Assembly (NCBI RefSeq): GCF_006345805.1
Contig: NC_043003.1
Coordinates: forward strand, 27,528,001 to 27,592,000
From: Octopus sinensis
Taxonomy: Eukaryota
Direction: 5' to 3'
Length of the DNA: 64,000 nt
The notes beneath the pieces are model-generated. The model was not told the DNA's origin. It did no database searches and was given only the letters and a program-made list of their open reading frames with translations. Shown here one piece after another: positions 40,829 through 54,415 of the stretch (position 1 is its first letter; each line of letters opens with the position of its first letter). Position numbers and translations under genes: made by a program.

Positions 40829-42835
40829 AACTGTTGGAAATTGAAAATTGTCTGCAACTCTCCCATGAAAGGAAAGAGCAGACAAAGAAGCCTGGGCTAT
40901 AGACCAACATAAAAAACAACCCAGAGCTTTCTACAGGTATGCCAAAGAAACAGCTATGGTGCACGTAGGATAGGGCCACTCCTTGAAAAGGATGGCACCA
41001 CTCACAGGAAAACCAATGAGGGTAAGTGAAATACTGAATGAACAATTCAAGAGTGTTTTCACTCCACCCCTTGGGCATTTCCAACATGCACAATCCAACT
41101 GACCTTTTTTACCACTGCAGATATAGAATCAGAGGCGGCGACGTTAAATTACATCGCTATAAAGGAAGATGATGTATAAAGGCTATAGATGAAATGAAAA
41201 TAGACTCAGCTATGGCCCGATGGATTCCCGGCAATCCTCCTAAAAGTATGTAAGGAGTCTTAGCAAGACCACTGCAGTTCCTCTTCGAAGCTTCCTTGCA
41301 GCTGGCAAACTTCCAAGAAAACTGAAGGAAGTAAAATATGCCCTATTCATAAAGGAGGTAGCAGAGCGGAGGCCAAGAACTACAGACCTATCCTCTGACC
41401 TCACACATCAGCAAGTCATGGAACGAATAGTCAGAAGGAAACTAATCACCTTCCTTGAAGAAAATGACTTGCTGCCTGACACCCACATGGTTCCGACCAG
41501 GAAGAAGCTGCTTAACTCTCTCTTCCGCACTATGACTGGGGCTGAAACAACTGCTCAACACTCAAATGTGGAAGTCATATATCTCGACTTCGCAAAGGCC
41601 TTCGATAAAGTCGATCATGGAATGATATGTCACAAACTGCGTGATCTTGGCATAGTTGGAAACTAGGAGAATGGCTTCACACGACTTTCTGAAGAATAGA
41701 AGTCAGGTGGTAGTAGCCAATGGGGCCACTTCCATTAGCACACGCAATAGTGAGCGGTGTTCCACAGGCACTGTTTTGGGACCACTACTGTTCATAATGG
41801 CCCTCTCAGACATGCCCTCAGCCACCGGAGAGCCACGATCACAAGTTATGCAGATGATACAAAAGTTTTCACAGGCAATACAGAACCCTGAAGACACTAG
41901 GCACCTGCAATATGAGCTGGACGAAATTACCAGTGGGCTGAAAAGAATAGCATGCAGTTCAATGCTGAAAAGTTTCAAGCTTTAACTATCAGCATGCAAA
42001 ACTGAATGCAATACCCAAGGAATACACTGGACCCGGAGGGATTGCAATCCCAGAGGCACAATCAGTGCGTGACCTGGGTATTCACATGAGTGATGACGCG
42101 ACCTTTCATGTACATGTTGCTAAACTGACAGTGAAATGCAGACGCCTGGCTGGATGGGATTCTTAGAACCTTTAGAACAAGAGAACAAGAACCATGATGG
42201 TCCTCTGGAAGACACTTGTCCTAAGTCACTTTGACTATTGCTCTCAGCTATGGTCACCATCCAGTGTCAAGTTGATCACAGAACTTGAGGCGATCCAACG
42301 AAGCTACACGAAGAAGATAGCCTCTATGCAGATGTAAGCTACTGGAAGACTCAAGAGATTAAAATTATATTCCCTGGAGCGTAGGCGGGAAAGATATGCC
42401 ATAATATACATCTGAAATCCTGGAGGAAAGTGTCCTGAACTTTGGGCATCGAGAGTTACGCAAACGCCAGAACTGGGCGCCACTGCGTGGTGCCTAGGAC
42501 TCCAACTTGCCATCAAGATGTAGGAACAAGATTCTGTGATAGCCTGGGCTTCCGAGGCCCACAGTCTTCAATATCCTCCCGATGAACCTGAGAGACCTGC
42601 ATGGGGTGGATACGATGTCTTTAAATGGAGCTGGATCTCTTCCTGTCAGGTGTCCCAGATGAACCAACTTCACGGCAGGAGGGGCAGATGAGGGCAGCTG
42701 CATCGAACTCTCTCATGCACCAAATAGCAGTTGCTGCTAAAAGCTTCCATGAAGTGAAACCAAGTAGCAACACCAAATGGCGGTGCCCCAGCATGGCCAC
42801 AGCCCATGAGCTGAAACTGGAATCAATCAATCAAT
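40829..42835 (+). mobile_element. 5'-truncated CR1-group LINE of a different subfamily
   Basis: PIHKGG...KNYRP, MERIVRRKLITFLEEN, VIYLDFAKAFDKVDHG, GTVLGPLLF, SYADDTK, ELDLFLSGVPDEP. (ATCA)n tail at ~42822-42835; many 1-bp frameshifts. Confidence 0.92.
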
Positions 42836-43450
42836 ATTAATGTATATGTATATATATATATAAATATTTATTATATTATATATATATATATATAATGTAT
42901 ATATATATATATATACATGTATATATATATATATATACTGTAGTATATATATACATGTATCTATATATACATGTATATATAGTATATACAGTATAGATAT
43001 ATATAATGTATATATATATATACATGTATATATATATATACATATATACATATATATATATATACATTATACATTTATATATATATATACATGTTATATA
43101 TATATACATGTATATATATATATACATGTATATATATATATACATGTATATATATATATACATGTATATATATATTACATGTATATATATATATACATGT
43201 ATATATATATATATATTAGATATATATATATATATATGTATATATATTATTGTATATATATATATGTGTATATATATATGTGTATATATATATAATTGTG
43301 TATATATATATATGTGTATATCTATATTGTGTAATATATATGTGTATATATATATATGTGTATATATATATATGTGTATATATATATCTGTATAATATAT
43401 ATTGGGTGTGTATCTAATATATATATTAATGTATATATATATTATATGTA

Positions 43451-43484
<34 letters not shown>

Positions 43485-43529
43485 GATATATATATATATA
43501 TGTATATATGTTATATGTATATATATGTA

Positions 43530-43560
<31 letters not shown>

Positions 43561-43723
43561 ATATATATGTATATATGTATATATATATACTATATGTATA
43601 TATATATATTATGTATATATATATATATATATGTATATATATGTATATATATATTATATATATATATATATATGTATATATATAGTATATATGTATATAT
43701 ATATGTATATATGTATATATATA

Positions 43724-43773
<50 letters not shown>

Positions 43774-43774
43774 G

Positions 43775-43805
<31 letters not shown>

Positions 43806-43903
43806 GTACATATATATATATATGTATATATATATCATCATATATATATATATTATATATATATATATATATATATTATATAGCTATATATATTACATAT
43901 ATA
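42836..43903. repeat. Long degenerate (TA)n block 3
   Basis: Direct reading; includes TATATACATG units. Confidence 0.97.
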
Positions 43904-45017
43904 TTTTTTAAATGCAAACAAATAGGCACAGGCATGGCTGTGTGGTTAGATAGAAGCTTGCTTCCCAACAATATGGTTCTGTGTTCAGTCCCACTGCATG
44001 GCAGCTTGGACACATCTCTTTTACTATAACCTCAAGCTACCTGAGGTCTTATGAGAGGATTTGGTAGACGGAAACTGAAAGCAGCCCATTGTATATATGG
44101 TATATATGTGTGTATGTGTGTGTGTCTTTGTTTCTGTCACCCACCACTGCTTGACAACCACTGTAACTTAGAGGTTCAGCAAAAAGAGACTGACAAAGAC
44201 TAAGTACTAAGCTTTAAAAAATAAGTCCTGGGCTTTAGTTGTTCAACTAAAACCCATCAAGGCAGTGCCCCAGTATGGCTGCAGTCAAATGACAAAGAAG
44301 TAAAAGATAAAAATAAGAAACAAAAAAGAAAATATGAATTTTTTCTTTAAAAAAAAATAAGTCACACATATATTATATTATTGCCTTTAATAACAATAAC
44401 AAAATGAGAATGATGTCAATTAATTAATTAAAATGTAAATTATGTATATGTAGATTCATGGAGTCAATTTTGACTCCATTATTATTAACAATAAATGGTG
44501 GTGGCTGGTGTTGGGGAAGGGGGAATTTAATTTTTATTGTTTATATTTTCACTGGTAAATGAAACCATATAAATGGTATGACTGTTCATCAGACAAACAA
44601 AATAAAATATAAAAAAAGAAAAAGAAAAAAAATTGGAACTGCATGTGGCAAAAAAAATTCAAAAAAAAATTCAAATTATATTTCTTTGATATATGTTTCT
44701 GAATATCCTAATATAGATATGTAGTCGAGGAAATATTGCCAAATTTGTACAATTATAGAAAGCCATTGGCTTTCAAAGAGAACCAACCATATACATATAT
44801 ACACATGAGACATGCACCACACACACACACATAGAGTGGCAACAAAAGGAAGACCTTAGCTTCAGAAAAAATACAAACATTTTGTAAGTGGAATAAATTG
44901 ATTTGGTGAGAGAAAGACAAAGTCTTTTACTCTTCCCTTTAATGAACCAATTTATTCCATTCACTAACAGCTGACTCAGCCCACCAACACTATTTTCCTT
45001 GTACCTTACAGTTTATT

Positions 45018-45055
<38 letters not shown>

Positions 45056-45565
45056 CATACATACACATACACGAAACTGACACCTCAAAAGTAAATAGAC
45101 ACCCCTCATTATGGATTTATTTATTTGTGCGGGCACTACTCATTAGTACAATGTCCAAATGGTTTAATTCATCAGAAACTGCACAAGGCATATCTACTAA
45201 ATATTAGATTAAGTATTTAAATGCATCAAATGAAATTACTGTTTCTAGATAACTTTCCAAAGTTAAAAAAAAAAAAGAAAAAAAAAAGGAAAAGGTTTTA
45301 CTTCTGAGGTGTGAGTGTGTGTATGTTTTGTTAACAGGAGAAGTATTCTTCACTTTGGTAGGGCATAATTTATTTTAGCTGATCAAGTGGGCATTTATCT
45401 TGGAGTTTTCCCTGACTCTCTGACCTGTCTTAGAAACCAGCAGGAGGCCAAGGTGACTTGAGACTAAGAGGATACTGCATCAGCTGATCAATATATATAT
45501 GTATGTATACACACACACATATTTTTTTGTTGTTGTTCATACACCTTTATCTTTCTCTAAATTTC

Positions 45566-45600
<35 letters not shown>

Positions 45601-46184
45601 CATACATTTATTATTCTTTAACATGAATAATATTGAGGAGTGACTTCAAATATTCAGCCTGCTAAGCCCTCACTGGATTGCTAATGAAGGTCAAGCAGGT
45701 CCAAACTTTAAAGTGACAGTCAGTGCTATTCTTGTTAAAGACTAATGTATTGAGTAATTCTTCGGTTTAATGTTAAATTGTTTTTATTATGACTTGACAT
45801 AAAAACAAACATTAATATATATATACATGTATTTATGTGTGTGTGTTTATATGTATACACACACATGAATGCACGTGTATTTATATACATGTATACACAC
45901 ACATATTCATACATATATGAACTCAAATATACGTACACATACACACACATATATAGATATATATACAGACACAAACACATGCATATGCACACATAGATAC
46001 ACACATGCATGTGTAGATTGATGCAATCCATTGCCAACAGTTTCAAGTTTTCTGCATAGAATAATTTGGTTCAAGAATTTCTTGCTAGTCTGTGAAATGT
46101 CGGATTCTTTGAATTTGTAAAAAATATGCATAAATTAGTTAGTGCTGATTCAAATGGTTCCATCTTCCCTTTTGTCATATATGT

Positions 46185-46510
46185 ATACTTCTTACACAGT
46201 TCATACACATGCAAACATTTCACATCCAAGAAATCAATTATATTATACCTGTCATAGAGTGTGTGCATACATTTTACACAGTTCATACAAATGCTTTCAT
46301 TTCAGATTCAAGAAACCACCTATACTTATCATAAAATGTGTGCATGCATTTTACACAGTTCACACACTTGCACAAATTCCACATTTAAGAAATCAATTAT
46401 ATGACACCTTTCATAGAATGTGTGATACGGTTTATACACATGCACACATTTCACATTCAAGAAAGTTACTTATACCTGTCAAAGAGTGTGTGCATACAGT
46501 TCATATATCA
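46185..46510. repeat. Degenerate minisatellite (~70-80-bp unit, about 4.5 copies) in the putative TBC1D1 3'UTR
   Basis: Repeated TACACAGTTCATACA...ACATTTCACAT.CAAGAAA...CCT.TCATAGA.TGTGTG. Confidence 0.8.
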
Positions 46511-46892
46511 AGGATTAGTTAGTGCTATTTCAGAGATTTATATTGTTGTTTGTGTATAGTGTATAATATATATGTGTATAATATATATATTTATTTATAT
46601 ATATATATATATATATACACATATATATACACACACAAACGCTTTTTTATCCACAATATAGATATGTATGTGTATGTATCATCATTTAACATCTCTTTTC
46701 ACAGCTGGCGCATACATGTATGCAAACATTATGTATATCATTACACACACACGTATATATATGTATATACAAACACTAATTATGTATCTACATACAAACA
46801 TGTAGGAACATGTATACAAACATACACAAACATATATAACATATACACACATTTTCCATTTTGAGGCTCAATTAGTGCTGATTCAGAAGTTT

Positions 46893-46934
<42 letters not shown>

Positions 46935-47241
46935 TACATACATACATATACATATTTGTACACGCTTACATTCCACATTTGGGAGAAATTGAATGTGCAT
47001 TTTTTTAATTACTGTACATTATTACCATGAACTGTATGCACATGTTAAGCACCAGTAAATACTGACTGAGACAACTACATCCTATATATATATATCTCAG
47101 CTTATTCTATGGAGTCCAAAGTCTACAGACCAGATACAACTGATCATGCATTTTACGAAAATGGTGAAAAATTGTGAGAAGGAAAGAAGAATTAAGAAAT
47201 AGAAATCTATGTATGAATTATACATGTATATGAATACATAC

Positions 47242-47290
<49 letters not shown>

Positions 47291-48324
47291 CATACATAAA
47301 TATAGCTACTCACCCACATTCACAAACTTATATACACATCTACAATCAAATACATGCATTTGCATTATACACATACACACATATAAACACACATACATAC
47401 ATAATATGAACATACATACCTATATGCAAACACATATACACGCATAGATACTTGAACGTATATACCACTTGCAACCACATGTATACACATATACATGTTG
47501 AAATTTAATGTGAAAGGTTACTTAGTCATGCATTTACAAATATGTACACATACAGACAACACAACTTACACCAGCAGCAGCCACAAGAACATTATACAGC
47601 AGCTTCACAGAATTTCCAAAGGGAGAGAGCGAGAGAAAGAGAGTAAAAAACACATTAGAAGAAGAAAAAAGAGTAAAAAGATGAGAAAGAAGAGGAAAAA
47701 GAAAGGAATTTTAAAATAGCTCTTTTGCTTTAGATATGAACTTTTTAATATAGGCACAAAGCCTAAAGTGTTGTGGGGAAAGGGTACAGTCAACTAGATC
47801 GACCCCAGTGTTTAACTGGTACTTTATTTTATCAACCTCAAAAGGATGAAAGGCAAAGTTGATCCCAACAGGAATTGAACTCACAATACAAAGAGATGTA
47901 GCTAAATGCTGCAAGGCATTTTGGTCTGATGCCACTCTTTCTGCCAATTCACTGCCATTTTTTGTTCTGTTTTAAAATATTGGTAAATTCTAAGTTTTGG
48001 CTAAAATAATTTCGAAATAGTCACAGCAGAAATGTCATTTTGTGTATGTGTATTTGCTTTTTTCTCTTTGTGTGTCTGTATGTGTGTGTGTACTTGCACA
48101 TGTATGCATCTCAGAGATATATTTTAGTAGATGTAAATTATATATGCATGAGCTAGATTGGATGTATGCATTTTTCCAGATAAGCAGTAAAAAAAAAAAA
48201 AAAAACTGCATTCATCAATTTTTAAACAGCAACAACAATAACAACAACAACAAAATGAACAACATGATGTAAAAGTTTAAACAAACAATAATAACAAATA
48301 TAGTTACTACTACAACAAAGTAGA

Positions 48325-48765
48325 CTACGTTTTCTCAGCATCAGAAACTGGTAAATTTGTGGATTCTACAGCTGAAGATGTTAGACTGCTGGCAGATTGA
48401 GTGTCCGAAAGTAAGGAATGTTGAGCCTGAAAATTTGCACTTTCTTTCTCTAGAGTAGCCACACGATCCAAAAGAGCTGCTCGCTCAAGTTCAAGGGCTT
48501 GCAGCTTAGAACGCAGTCGTGTCTCGTTGGTCTGGAAGTTGTTGATGGCACTTTCGAGGCTACGCTGTTGACTGAGTGCATTCTGAAGCTTGTCCATCAA
48601 CTCCCTGTTTTGTTCTTTCAAAGAACGATTTGCACCTTCTAGACGATGAATTATGCTGTTGCCGCTGTGGCGCTCTTTCGTTGAAGTGTAAACCATTTCT
48701 TCTTGTAACACCTGGTATTCAACTACGTAAGCATGGAGTTGTTTGCTGTAATCCACTTCAAATGC
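48325..48765 (-). CDS. TBC1D1: TBC1D1/4-like last coding exon (coiled-coil C-terminus)
   Basis: ttttag|GCA TTT GAA GTG...TAG, 441 nt, phase 0. AFEVDYSKQLHAYVVEYQVLQEE...LEGANRSLKEQNRELMDKLQ... Confidence 0.94.
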   Translation of the reverse strand, partial: AFEVDYSKQLHAYVVEYQVLQEEMVYTSTKERHSGNSIIHRLEGANRSLKEQNRELMDKLQNALSQQRSLESAINNFQTNETRLRSKLQALELERAALLDRVATLEKESANFQAQHSLLSDTQSASSLTSSAVESTNLPVSDAEKT

Positions 48766-49444
48766 CTAAAAGACAGAGAGAAAAAAACATTTCTGAAATG
48801 AAATGACAAACACTAAAAAATCTATTCAGTTTTCACTAATTCATCATCATCATTTAGTGTCTATTTTCCATGCTGGCATGGGCAAGATGGTTTGAGTGGA
48901 GCTGGTAAGCCAGAGAGCTGCACCAGGCTCCAGTCTGTTTTGGCTTGGTTTTTACGTCAAGATGCCCTTCCTAATGCCAACAGCTCCACAAAGTGTACTG
49001 GACAGCTCTTATGTATCACCAGCATTGGTGCCTTTCACATGTCACCAACACTGTTCATAACTACGATTTCCCTTAGCTTGATATGTCTTCTCAAGCACAG
49101 CAAATCGCCAAAAGTTTCAGTTACTTGTCATCTCCATGAGACTCAACATCTGAAAATCATATTTCACCACCTCATCATATCTTCCTGGGTCTACCCCAGC
49201 CCATTAGTAAAAGCTTGCGTATCCATCATTTCCAAGGAAGTATGACCTGGTAGCTTATACCATACTTTTGCTAATTGTTTTAGTGCCTGTGTAGTTACCA
49301 GCAGACATCTTAACCCTTCTGCCTTTGACTTCACAGAACATGAAGAGCTGGAAGTCATTTTCATCTGAATCGACAGAGAGAGAAAAGGGATTGGTAGTAT
49401 GAGGGAAGATGAAAGGTGAGGGAGATGGAACCATTTGAGAAAAG

Positions 49445-49480
<36 letters not shown>

Positions 49481-49895
49481 TAGGAGTAGCTGTGTGGTAA
49501 GTAGTTTGCTTATGAACCACATGGTTCCGGGTTCAGTCCCACTGCGTGGCACTTTGGGCAAGTGTCTTCTACTATAACCTTGGGCCAACCAAAGCCTTGT
49601 GAGTGGATTTGGTAGATAGAAACTGAAAGAAGCCCGTCGTATATATATGTATGTGTGTCTGTGTTTATCCCCCACAATATCACTTGACAACCGATGCTGG
49701 TGTGTTTACATCCCCGTAACTTAGCAGTTCGGCAAAAGAACCCGATAGAATAAGTACTAGGCTTACAAAGAATAAATCGTGGGGTCGATTTGCTCGACTA
49801 AAGGCCATGTTCCAGCATGGCCACAGTCACATGACTGAAACAAGTAAAAGAGTAAAGAGTATATATATATGTGTGTGTGTGTGTGACAATCTCAC

Positions 49896-50065
49896 CTGAT
49901 TTATGATTCTCTCCATCTGCACAAGACCCATACTTGGCAAGGTGGTCTTCAGGAACTCTACAATGCTCTCAAATGACTCGCAGTGCATGATTAGTTGCTT
50001 GTGGTCTCCAAGAAGAATGAGGGCTACTTTGAATATGGAATCAATACCTTGCAGAAAGATCAGGT
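49896..50065 (-). CDS. TBC1D1: TBC1D1/4-like penultimate exon, copy B (identical duplicate)
   Basis: Same sequence and splice sites as 51008-51177, offset 1112 nt. Only one copy can be used without a frameshift. Confidence 0.75.
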
Positions 50066-51007
50066 CTGGAAATAAAATAGAAAAAATAAAATACAAGTTT
50101 ATGAAGTCCTCATTCTTACAGGTTTTAGTAATTAATTTGTCATTAGTAGAACACAATGTTAAGGAGGTTGGTATGTTGCATGTTAACATGAGAAAGACCA
50201 CACTAATTTGTCTAAATTTCCATATTTGCATTTGCATACATACAACAATTATTTCAGTGAAACATTGTACATGAGACAGTGAATGTGACAGTTAAGAGTC
50301 ATAATAATTGCATTACCAACCATAAAATTATTAACCATCTTACTAACAATAACTCTGAGCACCTTTTCAAACTCCACCTGTCTAACACCTGTGGACATAC
50401 TCTTTTACTCTTTTACTTGTTTCAGTCATTTGACTGCGGCCATGCTGGAGCACCGCCTTTAATTGAGCAACTCGACCCCGGACATATTCTTTTGTAAGCC
50501 CAGTACTTATTCTATCGGTCTCTTTTGCCGAACCGCTAAGTAACGGGGACATAAACACACAAACACATACACATATATATATATAATATGCGTAGGAGTA
50601 GCTGTGTGGTAAGTAGTTTGCTTATGAACCACATGGTTCCGGGTTCAGTCCCACTGCGTGGCACTTTGGGCAAGTGTCTTCTACTATAACCTTGGGCCAA
50701 CCAAAGCCTTGTGAGTGGATTTGGTAGATAGAAACTGAAAGAAGCCCGTCGTATATATATGTATGTGTGTCTGTGTTTATCCCCCACAATATCACTTGAC
50801 AACCGATGCTGGTGTGTTTACATCCCCGTAACTTAGCAGTTCGGCAAAAGAACCCGATAGAATAAGTACTAGGCTTACAAAGAATAAATCGTGGGGTCGA
50901 TTTGCTCGACTAAAGGCCATGTTCCAGCATGGCCACAGTCACATGACTGAAACAAGTAAAAGAGTAAAGAGTATATATATATGTGTGTGTGTGTGTGACA
51001 ATCTCAC

Positions 51008-51177
51008 CTGATTTATGATTCTCTCCATCTGCACAAGACCCATACTTGGCAAGGTGGTCTTCAGGAACTCTACAATGCTCTCAAATGACTCGCAGTGCAT
51101 GATTAGTTGCTTGTGGTCTCCAAGAAGAATGAGGGCTACTTTGAATATGGAATCAATACCTTGCAGAAAGATCAGGT
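51008..51177 (-). CDS. TBC1D1: TBC1D1/4-like penultimate exon, copy A
   Basis: ttccag|AC CTG...CAG|gtgaga, 170 nt, phase 1-0. [57 protein letters not shown]. Confidence 0.9.
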
Positions 51178-51869
51178 CTGGAAATAAAATAGAAAAAATA
51201 AAATACAAGTTTATGAAGTCCTCATTCTTACAGGTTTTAGTAATTAATTTGTCATTAGTAGAACACAATGTTAAGGAGGTTGGTATGTTGCATGTTAACA
51301 TGAGAAAGACCACACTAATCTGTCTAAATTTCCATATTTGCATTTGCATACATACAACAATTATTTCAGTGAAACATTGTACATGAGACAGTGAATGTGA
51401 CAGTTAAGAGTCATAATAATTGCATTACCAACCATAAAATTATTAACCATCTTACTAACAATAACTCTGAGCACCTTTTCAAACTCCACCTGTCTAACAC
51501 CTGTGGACATACTCTTTTACTCTTTTACTTGTTTCAGTCATTTGACTGCGGCCATGCTGGAGCACCGCCTTTAATTGAGCAACTCGACCCCGGGACATAT
51601 TCTTTTGTAAGCCCAGTACTTATTCTATCGGTCTCTTTTGCCGAACCGCTAAGTAACGGGGACATAAACACACAAACACATACACATATATATATATATA
51701 TACGACAGGCTTCTTTCAGTTTCCGTCTACCAAATCCACTCACAAGGCTTTGGTCGGCCCGAGGCTATAGTAGAAGACACTTGCCCAAGGTGCCACGCAG
51801 TGGGACTGAACCCGGAACCATGTGGTCGGTAAACAAGCTACTTTCCACACAGCCACTCCTGTGCCTTGT

Positions 51870-52192
51870 TTGCAAAATCAGAAAACAGCACAGCTTCCAT
51901 GACTTTCGGAAACATTTTTTCACGCTAAGAGTTGCTGAAGTATGGAACAAACTGCCGACATCAGTTGTTAGTTGTTGGAGCACTGCATCCTCCAAAACTT
52001 CCATGCTTCCTGAGATTTGTCAACACTACACCTGATTTTCTCCCCTCCATACACACGCAAGCATGTATCTGACTCATACACTGTTCACTTCCCAGACATT
52101 TGTACATTAATGCATATGCTTTATACATACTTTTGACAAGTTGTGGTGCACCTGAGCACTGTATACAATAATTTCATTATTATTATTATTAT
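51870..52192 (+). mobile_element. CR1-like LINE 3' end
   Basis: FRKHFFTLRVAEVWNKLPTSVV followed by a 3'UTR and (ATT)n tail. Confidence 0.75.
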
Positions 52193-52818
52193 AAGCTATT
52201 TATATCAAAATCGTTATTGGTATTTAAGACAGAATAAGTAGAAAAAGTGGGAAGACCTTATCACAAAACTGACCAACAGAGTTCCGTGTAGCCAATAATT
52301 CACTGCATGTCTGATTGCACAATGTAAACTGAATGAAGCTAATTCAGAGAGTGTGTGTGTGTCATAACCTCTTGTCTTCACATTATGTGATATATGCAAA
52401 TGTATGTCACTGTCATACAAGCAGTCTCATTCATTATCAGTCTTCTGCAAAAACATATCCAGTCTCAGGGAAATATCACCCAGTTTGGAAACAGGGGGGG
52501 ATGTCCAACTGTAAAATATTTACCTCAAATAATTTTGTCTGAACAACATACAATTCTCACTGAGAAGAAGAAAGTTTCTAAAACAGATAGAGAAATTTGA
52601 AGGATTGATTTGTTCCAAAGGTAGAACACCAGTCATGTTTACAGGAGATGTGGGTTCAAGTCCTACAGGGAGCCCTTAACTTTTTTGATCCAATATTTAC
52701 ATGTTATTATTTATAGCTCTCCTCGAGTTTCACTATTCCAAAAATAAAATACTTCATGATCTCTTCAAGTTTCTAAATTCATATAATGTCAACTACAGAC
52801 AGACAGACAGACAGAGAC

Positions 52819-52856
<38 letters not shown>

Positions 52857-54415
52857 TCCACAAAATTTTTGAAAAAAGTCTTCTTATTTCTTCATTATTA
52901 GTACTTTCATTCCTTTAACAACTTGTCAAATAAAATTTTGTGAATGGACAAACAGCTTGTATATTTATATAAAACATGTTTTTGGGGGGGTTTTGTTTAG
53001 AAGAGAACATTGTTTTTGTTTTTTGGGGTAAGGTTTCATGACAATGGAGATGGATAGATACACCCAAATATAATTTGTAGAACTTTATACATGCTCGATT
53101 TCGGTTGAGCGTTCTGTATCTAGTTCTGGAAATTGTGTTTTGTAAACGACAGACTACACTGACGATCTTGCAGATATTTGCGTGTTTGCATACGTAGATA
53201 TTAACAAGTGAAACCATTGGTACGTAGGGAATCGTTTTTTATTTCATATATTTTCCTTTGTTTTACTCATTTTTACATTTTGATGTTTTGCTGAGATTTT
53301 TCTTCAGAACACATTCTTTGTGGTAATGGCAATTTGACGTCTATGTTTAGCATATTCGGTGTCCACTTTAGTGGTCATTTCTCTTAATTTTGTATGTAAC
53401 ACAATCTTCGGATTTTTTAAATATGCTAAGCCACTGGTTTTAATTGATTAGTATCAATTTTTACCCTTATTATTTAATTTCAAATTTATTTATATATATA
53501 TATAAATCAAATCAATCAAAAGCAAAATCAAATTCGATGACTGGCATCCATGCTGGCAGGGTGCAAAGAGCATCATACGAGCGTGATCATTGACAGAGCG
53601 GCTAACCGGCTTCCATGCCAGTGGCATTTAAAAGGCACCATTCGAGCGTGATCGTTACCAGCGTCGCCTTACTGGCACTTGTGCCTGTGCTAGTAGGGTG
53701 CCAAGAGCACCATCCGAGTGTGATCGTTGCCAGAACAGCCGACTGGCTTCCATGCCAGTGGCACGTAAAAGGGCACCATTCGAGCGTGATCGTTATCAAC
53801 GTCGCCTTACTGGCACCTGTGCTGGTGGCATGTGTAAAAGGATTCGAGCGAGGTCGTTGCCAGTACCGCCTGACTGGACCCCGTGCCGGTGGCATGTAAA
53901 AAGCACCCACTACACTTTCGGAGTGGTTGGCGTTAGGAAGGGCATCCAGCTGTAGAAACTGCCAAATCAAGATTGGAGACTGGTGCAACCATCTGGTTGA
54001 TTGTATGATAGACTCTTCTATCAAAGAGGATGTATGAGCATTCAGCTATTGCCTAACAATCTGCACAAATAATTTGTTTAGAGTGATCAAATATGTACAT
54101 TAGTTAACTCTCGCCATGAAATCAATATTGTCTGAACAGGTATTGTGCTCCAGGTGTTGAAATGATTGCAGAGCAATGTGAGATGAAATGTTTTGCTCAA
54201 GAACACAAAGCACCACTAGGTCATGTGCCCTTACACACACACACACACACTTAAATGGAATGTGTAAATGAGAGAGGATAGTTTATATCTTTGTTTTCAT
54301 TGTTGGAATGTTCTTTACCAGTGACAGGTAATGACAATGATGATAATTAGCATAATTATAATTTTATGATGATGATGAAATCTTTGCATGAAGAATTGCT
54401 GGAATGAACACTCAC

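Larger units (their letters stand above)
49474..51698. repeat. Near-perfect tandem duplication, two copies of ~1112 bp, each with SINE + TBC exon + partial SINE
   Basis: 49474-50585 vs 50586-51698. By eye I see only a T/C change (50208 vs 51320) and a 1-bp G-run indel (~50480 vs ~51592). All three breakpoints lie in (TA)n tracts. Confidence 0.95.

Noticed and set aside
35094-43911. Dozens of long Ile/Tyr-rich ORFs
   Set aside because: Translations of (TA)n microsatellite; no coding signal.
49903-50274. 123-aa + strand ORF and its copy at 51015-51386
   Set aside because: Antisense shadow of the TBC exon.
51391-52035. 214-aa ORF on +
   Set aside because: Chance read-through of intron, antisense SINE and a CR1 3' fragment, antisense to the TBC gene.
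52950-53490. Possible Penelope-like terminal repeat
   Set aside because: Only vague resemblance and no protein motif; left unannotated.
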